A stretch of DNA of 64,000 bases from Candidatus Niyogibacteria bacterium. Its GTDB lineage: Bacteria > Patescibacteriota > Minisyncoccia > JACROR01. The first letter of the stretch is position 1. Each line of letters begins with the position of its first letter. Where the stretch lies: contig JACPLO010000001.1 of the NCBI GenBank assembly GCA_016186495.1, positions 11,907 through 75,906 on the forward strand, given 5' to 3'. The position numbers and the translations under genes are program-made. Below the pieces are notes generated by a model. It was not told the DNA's origin. It worked only from the letters and a program-made list of their open reading frames with translations, and ran no database searches. Shown here piece by piece: positions 57,027 to 64,000 of this stretch.

Positions 57027-58385
57027 TTATTTTGATGACGATGTTTTTTTAACAATCGTCATATCAAGGCCAAGGTCTTTGAGAACCTTGGCAGTAAATA
57101 GATCTATAAGAATGTTGGCTTCATTTCCTTTGGCGCCAGCATTAGCATTGTTTATTTGAACTTCTGGCACCCATTTCTGTTTTGAAAGCTCTTCAAAAGC
57201 TTTGCTCATGATGTTCTCATAAGTTGTAAGCTTTTGTTCAAGAGCTCCATCAGCTTGAAGTACCATCTGTTTGCGTTTTGCATCGCCTTCTCCCCGAAGG
57301 ATCTGCTCCATTTTATATTCAGTCGCTGCCAGTTTCTTCTGTTCAGCTTCTAATTTTACTTGTTGAGCTACTTCTACAAGCTGTGTGGCGTTTATTACCG
57401 CCACTTCTTTTATTTTTTGAGCGTCAACAACCGCCTGAACTTTTTCAACTTCCTTGCCATATTTCGCCGTCATTACGTTTGCTTGTCCTTGAGCTTCTGC
57501 CGTAATCTTTATTTGTTCCGCTTTTTCAGCCTCGGCTTTAGCTTGAACTATAGCCATCAGCGCTTCTCTTTTTCTCTGAATTTGTTCAAGTGTTTTTGGC
57601 TCATATGTCCAGTTAACAATCTGACATTGGGTTACCATAACCCCATATTCTTTAAATGGACTTTTACCATGCATAGGTTCGTTTTGATCTTCATCTTTAT
57701 ACATAATAGTGGCTCTTTGGACTTCTTCTGTTCTGCCGGATTCTCCGGAAACTTTTAACGTAACTAATTTGGTTTTATAAGGGCCATTTATCATCTGATC
57801 TTCGGCCCAACGTTGGAATTTTTCTTTTGCCGTGGTATAACTTTCCTCGCTTGACATAAGCGAGGCAGTCAAATTCATAACATTTTGAGCAGTTACTTTG
57901 ATTAATGATTCAACAGTATGGTCATAGCTGCGAAAAGCGTTATGAATTTTTAAATCATTTCCACTATCAGCAGGCATTCTAAAACGAATTTTCCCGTAAA
58001 TATGGCCAGTGCCTCCGTCATTGTAACGAACCGGAAGCGCCTGACTGTTAGTTGAACCTAGTAGTTCTTCATCGGAAGGATTAATAACAGACTGCTGAAT
58101 AGTTATTTTTTTGCCATCAGCAGTCGTCATTTCCACTGGCTGCATATCCTGATCAACGGGAATTATGAACGAATATGTTCCCTCTTTTTTATACTCTGTG
58201 ATTTTTCCGCCATATTGCCCAAACATTCCCGGGTTATAAAAAATATCAAGTGTGCCGGTCACCGGCATCTGTCTGATCTTATAATATCCCGCGAAGTTGG
58301 TTTCAACAATTGATTTCGTTAAAATCCCACACAAAACTACAACAGCAAAAAATCCTATACTTAATATCTGTTTTTTCGTCATCAT
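57027..58385 (-). CDS. SPFH/band-7 domain membrane protein with coiled coil
   Basis: N-terminal TM, VRYNDGG, AEKAEQ...AEAQGQA coiled coil, EGDAKRK. Confidence 0.75.
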   Translation of the reverse strand: MMTKKQILSIGFFAVVVLCGILTKSIVETNFAGYYKIRQMPVTGTLDIFYNPGMFGQYGGKITEYKKEGTYSFIIPVDQDMQPVEMTTADGKKITIQQSVINPSDEELLGSTNSQALPVRYNDGGTGHIYGKIRFRMPADSGNDLKIHNAFRSYDHTVESLIKVTAQNVMNLTASLMSSEESYTTAKEKFQRWAEDQMINGPYKTKLVTLKVSGESGRTEEVQRATIMYKDEDQNEPMHGKSPFKEYGVMVTQCQIVNWTYEPKTLEQIQRKREALMAIVQAKAEAEKAEQIKITAEAQGQANVMTAKYGKEVEKVQAVVDAQKIKEVAVINATQLVEVAQQVKLEAEQKKLAATEYKMEQILRGEGDAKRKQMVLQADGALEQKLTTYENIMSKAFEELSKQKWVPEVQINNANAGAKGNEANILIDLFTAKVLKDLGLDMTIVKKTSSSK

Positions 58386-58663
58386 TATTTTTCCTCCTTT
58401 TTCTGAAAAATGCCCTGTTTTTTTAAATTTTCATCAAGATTTTCTTCTAAATTTTGAGAGGTTTTACCGCCATATTTTTTCCTAATGTTTTTTAATAGCG
58501 ATATGGCATCCCGCAAAATTTCACTTTTTCTTTTCTCTTTTTCTACTTTATCAAATTTTTTTCTGATTTTTTTGATATCGCTATCTTCTTTTTTAAAAAG
58601 CTGATAAACGATATAAATCAGCACGACAAAAATCGTTAATTCTAAAATAATGTCAAAAATCAT
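58385..58663 (-). CDS. Small single-TM protein coupled to the SPFH gene
   Basis: SD AAGGAGGT, TAATG overlap, N-terminal TM plus basic helix. Confidence 0.6.
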   Translation of the reverse strand: MIFDIILELTIFVVLIYIVYQLFKKEDSDIKKIRKKFDKVEKEKRKSEILRDAISLLKNIRKKYGGKTSQNLEENLDENLKKQGIFQKKEEK

Positions 58664-58725
58664 TCTTTTTTACCTCCTTTCTTTTACAGTTTTTCTAATT
58701 GACATTATATAAATATGGATTAGTT

Positions 58726-59740
58726 TGTCAAGAGCAACAGGTAATCTGCACACACATATGGCGGTTTTCTCCTAACATGGAGAAATGGCTATATCTATGT
58801 CAAAAACAATTAAAGAAGAGCGTTTACGATGGGTACTGCCCCTCATTCAAAAAGAGATAAGGTTAGTTGATGCGGCAAAAGTGTGTCCGTATGGTAAACG
58901 AAGCCTCGAACGATGGGTTGTTGCATATCGCGAAGGCGGCGAGAAGGCCCTGGAACCGAAGTCAACAGAACCGAAGCGTTATCGAACCGAAACCCTGATC
59001 TGGCTCAAAGAGAAGATCCTCGCCATCCGAACCGAAACCAAGAAATGCGCCCGGGAGATTCATTGGCAGCTCGAGAAAGAAGGAATTAAGATTGATACGC
59101 GCACAATCGGAAAAATCTTGAAAAAAGAGGGGCTCGTGCGGAAGTACCGGGTGAAAAGAACCAAATACAAATATTTCAAAGCTGAACTTAAATCCGGAGA
59201 ACTGGTCGAAATCGATGTGAAATATGTACCCGGAATGATCGCCGGACAGCAATATTTTCAATATACGGCGGTGGATCGGGCATCCAGATGGCGACACCTG
59301 GAAATATATGACGAGCAGATAAACCTCCATAGTGTTTTGTTTCTTGAAACGGTGATCGGTCGAGCGCCATTTACGATTCAAGCCATCAAAACAGACAATC
59401 ATGCTACGTTTACGAATTACTACACCGGAACCAATAAAAGAAGCGACCTTCTGGTAAAGTCGCTGCATGCTCTGGATGAGGAGTGCCGCAAACGCGGCAT
59501 CAAAACACTACTTGATCGATCCGGGCAAGCCGGCGCAGAACGGAACCGTAGAACGGAGCCACCGCGAAGACCAGGAAAAATTCTACGAAAGAAATAAATT
59601 CAGAAATTTAAAAGAGTTGGAAAGAAAAATTAAAATGTGGAATAATGAATACAATAATTTAGAGCACTGTTGCCTGAATGGATTATCACCTAACGAATTC
59701 CTTAGGTTGTCAGAAGTGCAAAATGTCCGTGGTTAAAACA
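58726..59740 (+). mobile_element. IS481-family insertion sequence
   Basis: TGT...ACA ends with imperfect IRs (TGTCAAGAGC...CTGCAC versus GTGCAAAATG...AAAACA) enclosing an rve transposase. Confidence 0.7.
58785..59736 (+). pseudogene. IS481-like DDE (rve) transposase with one frameshift
   Basis: HTH, IDVKY, AVDRASR, TDNH in ORF 58785; YLIDPGKPAQNGTVERSH in the next frame; extra A in the AAAA run at 59502-59505. Confidence 0.82.
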
Positions 59741-59762
59741 GTGTTTTAACCACGGACATTTT
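59720..59762. repeat. Perfect 21-bp inverted duplication of the IS right end
   Basis: AAAATGTCCGTGGTTAAAACA-G-TGTTTTAACCACGGACATTTT. Confidence 0.9.
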
Positions 59763-59793
59763 CAATTGATAATGTTCGTGTTATTTTAACCAT

Positions 59794-60768
59794 ATGAATT
59801 TACGAAGAAGCAATAAATTTCGGGTGTCTTTCCCTTCCGGTAAATTTTATCTTAATTTTAAGACGGCGATTATCACCGGCGTTTGTCGGTCTGGAAAAAC
59901 CACTTTAGGCAATTTGCTTGCCACTTATAAAAATGTGGAACACGCAGAAGAGCCGTGGACTCTTAATTTATTGCCCACCATGATAAAAATGGGCGTTATC
60001 AAGAGAAAAATAGGAGCAGAAATGTTTAACGCTTATTTGCATGAATTGATGGTTCATACGGTGCTTTTGCGCCAAGCTAATTTTCGGCCCGGAGATTTAA
60101 GCGCTATTTGGACAAAAAAGCCGGAGAAAGAAATTTTATCAAGGCTGATAAATCTTAAAACTCGCGCGGATGTTCTTAATTTCGTAAAAAAAAATAAATC
60201 TGTCTTTCTTTTGATTATGCCGGAATCTCTGCTTTTTAATTTACCGGCTATATTTGATGCTGTGCCGGACGCCAAAATTATTCACGTGGTTAGAAAAGGA
60301 ACGGACGTGGCGCATCTTTTAAGCGGCAAAGAATGGCTTTCTGACAAACAACTTACCCGGCCTCCGCACGCGCGAATTTATTACGAGACGATACGCCGAA
60401 GTTATCCGTTTTATCTGCCCTGTTGGATAAAATTAAAAGACGCAGAACGATTTATCGCATCCTCTGAATATGAGAGAGGACTTTTATATTGGTGCTCGCT
60501 TATGGAAAATATGATTGAATCATTGAAAAAATCGGATAATAAAAAGCGATGCATGACTGTAAAATTTGAAGATCTTGTGGCAAATCCCGGAAAGACAACG
60601 GAAAAGGCGGCCGCGTTTTTAAATGTAAAGCCGTCATCAATGACCGGACCGATTTTGCGCGAGGTGAAAAATTATAAAAATATCCGCGCAGAAGTCCCTG
60701 TTTTGCCGGAAGAGCTGATTGCGAGAGTTAAAAAAATATATAAACATTTTGGATATGAGTGGAGTTAA
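59794..60768 (+). CDS. Sulfotransferase family protein
   Basis: ITGVCRSGKT PAPS loop, KIIHVVR, VKFEDLVANP. Confidence 0.8.
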   Translation: MNLRRSNKFRVSFPSGKFYLNFKTAIITGVCRSGKTTLGNLLATYKNVEHAEEPWTLNLLPTMIKMGVIKRKIGAEMFNAYLHELMVHTVLLRQANFRPGDLSAIWTKKPEKEILSRLINLKTRADVLNFVKKNKSVFLLIMPESLLFNLPAIFDAVPDAKIIHVVRKGTDVAHLLSGKEWLSDKQLTRPPHARIYYETIRRSYPFYLPCWIKLKDAERFIASSEYERGLLYWCSLMENMIESLKKSDNKKRCMTVKFEDLVANPGKTTEKAAAFLNVKPSSMTGPILREVKNYKNIRAEVPVLPEELIARVKKIYKHFGYEWS

Positions 60769-61699
60769 AAAATATTTTGAAGATAACGCTGAACAATGGA
60801 TATTAAACGGCTATGGCGACGACGGATACAATTATCCCACGGCTTTTCATCGCGTAAGGATAGTTTCGCGGTTTATTTCTTCTTTGAATAAAAAGAAGCT
60901 AAAGATTATTGATCTTGCCTGCGGCGGGGGAGATTTAGCTTGTCGTTTGGCGAGCGACGGACACATAGTGACCGGCATTGATCAGTCTCAAAAAATGCTG
61001 GATATCGCGGAAAGCAGGCGAAAGGAATTGCCAAAGAAAATTCAGAATAATATCAAATTTTTGCGGGGAGAAATAGGAAATAAACTTGATTTGGGCGGGC
61101 AATTTGACGCGGTTGCCGCTATGGGCATTATCGGCTATTTGCCGAATGATAAAATTATTTTTAATGCCGCGAATAGCCTGCTGAAATCGGGCGGCTATTT
61201 TTTAATTTCTTGCCGGAATCGTTTATTTAATATGGTAAGCATCGGCAAACGAACGGAAAAAGAGGTTAAAAACAAAGGAGCTATAAAACTTATAAGAGAA
61301 ATCGGCGCGCTCTACGATAAAGTGTCCGCTAAAGACGCGGAAAGATTTGTTAAAAATTTTAAAAAAATAGCCGCTGGTTTGCCGGAGAAGATGTCTTTTG
61401 ACAAAAAATCAATGCTTTCTCCAGCGGAAAAATACGCTCCCTATATTTCAACTTTAGATGTCGAGCCCAGACAAAATATGCCGGATGAATTAAAGAAGAC
61501 CGCTTTAAAGTGCGGATTTAAACATCGCGCATATTACGGCGTGCATCCGCATTTGATGGATCCTAATTTAAATAAAATGCTTCCGCCCCGGCTTTTTAAT
61601 AAAATATCGGGATGTCTGGAAGCGCTGGAGCATTTGCCGATGAGTCTCGCGTGGAGCTCGGTTTTTATCGGCGTGTTTCAGAAGAGCAAGCGCCGCTAA
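60755..61699 (+). CDS. Class I SAM-dependent methyltransferase
   Basis: IIDLACGGG, TGIDQS, LLKSGG. Confidence 0.82.
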   Translation: MSGVKKYFEDNAEQWILNGYGDDGYNYPTAFHRVRIVSRFISSLNKKKLKIIDLACGGGDLACRLASDGHIVTGIDQSQKMLDIAESRRKELPKKIQNNIKFLRGEIGNKLDLGGQFDAVAAMGIIGYLPNDKIIFNAANSLLKSGGYFLISCRNRLFNMVSIGKRTEKEVKNKGAIKLIREIGALYDKVSAKDAERFVKNFKKIAAGLPEKMSFDKKSMLSPAEKYAPYISTLDVEPRQNMPDELKKTALKCGFKHRAYYGVHPHLMDPNLNKMLPPRLFNKISGCLEALEHLPMSLAWSSVFIGVFQKSKRR

Positions 61700-61707
61700 A
61701 CCGTTTT

Positions 61708-62574
61708 TCATATTTCTTTTTCGCAGTATAAATTAACAAATTGGTTATACGCGGTTCCGTCGCGCGATTCAGGAATAAATTTTTCGTAATCGCTGTCATT
61801 GTCGGATTTAATTTTTTCCATTGCATCAGGCAGAACGGCGAAGATTTCAAAACCGTACGCCGAAATTTTTTTCAGAAAATCAAGCGGATTTAAGGTTTTT
61901 TTTATCCAAGCCGGAGCAAACTCAAGCACCATTTTTATATTTTGATTTTTATTCAGTAAATTCTGCATGCCGGCAATGGCTTTAGGTTCTCCTCCTTCAA
62001 TATCCATTTTTATGATATTGATCCGGTTTATTTTTTCGCGCGCGATTATATTGTCCAAAGTGTCGGCTGGGACGCTTATTTTTCTCATTTTAAAATTCAA
62101 AGGTTGGTCGGGAAGCGTGCTGTGGCAGCCGGCCTTCTCTTCGCAGTGATAAAAATCAATTTCTCCGGCATGATCGGATATTGCCAGCCGGCAGATTTTT
62201 ATATTTTTGAGATGTTTCGTGTTTTTTTGCAATAATTCAAAATTTTCCGGGTCCGCTTCAAACGCGTAAACCACGCCGTTTTTTCCGGCTAACCGAGAGA
62301 ATATGCGCGTAAAATATCCGACATGCGCTCCGATGTCCACGATTACCATTCCGGGCTTGATTATTTTTTTAAACAAAGCGGCAGTCTCCGGCTCGTATAA
62401 TTCCCAAAGCATATCCAGTTTCCATCGCCTGATATAGTTCTTGGGAAATGAATAATGCCTGGAATACGCGTAAATATTTGTAATTGTATCTAATATTTTA
62501 TAAATTAATTTATCTAACCACGGCGAGCGTATAAATTTTCTATAGATTTTTCTAATAATTGAAACTATTGCCAT
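61708..62574 (-). CDS. FkbM-family methyltransferase
   Basis: YEPET, DIGAHVGY, FEADPEN, IKMDIEGGE. Confidence 0.9.
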   Translation of the reverse strand: MAIVSIIRKIYRKFIRSPWLDKLIYKILDTITNIYAYSRHYSFPKNYIRRWKLDMLWELYEPETAALFKKIIKPGMVIVDIGAHVGYFTRIFSRLAGKNGVVYAFEADPENFELLQKNTKHLKNIKICRLAISDHAGEIDFYHCEEKAGCHSTLPDQPLNFKMRKISVPADTLDNIIAREKINRINIIKMDIEGGEPKAIAGMQNLLNKNQNIKMVLEFAPAWIKKTLNPLDFLKKISAYGFEIFAVLPDAMEKIKSDNDSDYEKFIPESRDGTAYNQFVNLYCEKEI

Positions 62575-62619
62575 CTTATTTTAAGATTAAATTATTGCCA
62601 TAAATTTGTCTATTTTTAA

Positions 62620-64000
62620 ATGAAAAACGAAATTAAAAAAAATACTTCCAATAAAATAAAATTGGCCTTTTTTCTGGGCAGGAGGTTTACTTATATCGGG
62701 CACACAATCGCCATACTGTTAAAAGAAAGGCATGGATTGAATAATTTTTGCGCGTACGTGGCGATGCGTTCGGGATTTAATTTTTTAAAATCACAAAAGG
62801 ATATTCAATATAATCAGCTATTTCTGGCAGAAGATGTTTTCGCAAAATACAAGAATGAAAAGATTGATTTAGATTATATCAAATCACTTGAGCATGAATT
62901 TGGTTTGCCCAGTCTGTGGCCGTATATAGTGCTGGACAGAGTGCTAATTTCTAATTTATTTCTTCGTGCCTATCCTTCGGATACTCCAAAATATTCTCAT
63001 GAAGATATGCTTAAGATTTTTCAGGTGATCGCAAGAACAGTCATTGAATTTTTTGATAAAGAAAAGCCTAATTTTATACTTTTTTCGGCAATTACCGATC
63101 TGGGCACATTATTGCTATACGAGGCAGCGAAAAAGAGAAATATCAAAACTCTTTTTATCTGTTCTGTAAGGATAGATAATTTTTACATTCTTAGCGAGCG
63201 ATATGATAATTATAGCGACTTGAATGAATTATTTATAAAGATGCGCCAGAACATGGATAGTTTGGAAAATCAGCAGTATAAAAAAATGGCTAAGAATTTT
63301 TTAATAAGTTTTCAAAATAAACCGACATATTATGTAGAGAAGTCCAAAGCCGCTTCTTATTTTTTGGAAGATTATGCGAGTCTTATTTATCATTTTCGTT
63401 TTTTGTCGCCTTTTAGGATTGGCCAAACAATTCGTTGGTTTTTAAAAACACATTATGACTATTTCATAAATAAGGCCGGGGATAGAGATGATTTTACCAC
63501 TAAAAAGCCGTGGTGGGAGGCGTGGGATAAATTAGTCAGGAAAATCAGGGTGTTGGTTGGTTACGGAGATTTGTATGACAAGGAAAAAGACGGCGAAGAT
63601 TACGCATATTTTGCTCTTCATCTTGAACCTGAATCTCTTCCGACTCTAGTGGCGCCTTTCTATACGGATCAAAAATGGCTGATTAAGCAGATTGCTCGTT
63701 CGTTGCCTGTTCATTATAAGTTATATGTTAAAGATCATTCTAAAATGCTGGGTCTTCGCACGCGTTCGTATTATAAAGAGCTCAAAAAAAATCCTAATGT
63801 TAAACTGATTGATCCCGCGGTTTCCAGTTTTGAACTTATCAAAAAAAGCAAACTTGTTATTAATATTGTTGGCACTGCCAGTTTGGAAGCGGCTCTAATG
63901 AAAAAGCCCGTCATTATGTTCGGCAATATCTTTTTTGATAAACTGTCTATGGTTAAAATTTGCCATAATATTCAAGATTTGCCATCTTTGATTAAGAGCC
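62620..64000 (+). CDS. KpsS-like capsule polysaccharide biosynthesis protein, partial (runs off the window)
   Basis: Not in the ORF track. Manual translation of the start gives MKNEIKKN... and, in the same frame, YAYFALHLEPE...LYVKDH. Confidence 0.7.
   Translation, partial: MKNEIKKNTSNKIKLAFFLGRRFTYIGHTIAILLKERHGLNNFCAYVAMRSGFNFLKSQKDIQYNQLFLAEDVFAKYKNEKIDLDYIKSLEHEFGLPSLWPYIVLDRVLISNLFLRAYPSDTPKYSHEDMLKIFQVIARTVIEFFDKEKPNFILFSAITDLGTLLLYEAAKKRNIKTLFICSVRIDNFYILSERYDNYSDLNELFIKMRQNMDSLENQQYKKMAKNFLISFQNKPTYYVEKSKAASYFLEDYASLIYHFRFLSPFRIGQTIRWFLKTHYDYFINKAGDRDDFTTKKPWWEAWDKLVRKIRVLVGYGDLYDKEKDGEDYAYFALHLEPESLPTLVAPFYTDQKWLIKQIARSLPVHYKLYVKDHSKMLGLRTRSYYKELKKNPNVKLIDPAVSSFELIKKSKLVINIVGTASLEAALMKKPVIMFGNIFFDKLSMVKICHNIQDLPSLIKS

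Noticed and set aside
58726-59740. IS481 transposase as the mobiliser of the CCCGTT elements
   Set aside because: Its TGT...ACA ends share no similarity with the YCCCGTTA ends.
195-62149. Numerous short antisense or overlapping ORFs in the six-frame track (e.g. 1173-1961, 58962-59468, 18536-18727)
   Set aside because: They shadow well-supported genes or tRNAs and show no recognisable motifs.

Overview
AT-rich bacterial chromosome segment whose gene set and compact, often leaderless gene starts suggest a CPR/Patescibacteria (Parcubacteria-like) genome; this assignment is an inference. Bases 1-22.8 kb are mostly housekeeping: rodA end, leuS, TrmB-type regulator, glmS, dCTP deaminase, ftsK, recA, rpsF-ssb-rpsR, ychF, phosphomannomutase, trpS, rnj, OppA-like protein, secG, tldD and tRNAs. 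Bases 22.8-64 kb are a roughly 41 kb surface-glycan locus (GT2/GT4/ArnT-like transferases, asnB, rmlA/rmlB, gmd, DegT, methyl-, acetyl- and sulfotransferases, two radical SAM enzymes). It is interrupted by an SPFH gene pair and a frameshifted IS481-like element. The most striking signal is a family of small palindromic insertion elements with ends (T/C)CCCGTTA...TAA(C/T)GGG(A/G), flanked by 4-nt words (TTTA/TAAA/TGAA/CTTG) that are usually duplicated. I found seven copies at six loci, 29-120 bp long, with co-varying arms and unrelated cargo. Copies inside three protein genes are all exactly in frame (adding PV[RKT]...NG peptides). One copy at the leuS start rebuilds the ATG. One carries a complete tRNA-Leu(CAG) and sits in the anticodon loop of another tRNA-Leu, giving a tRNA nested inside a tRNA. 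No mobilising enzyme for this family is evident in the window.
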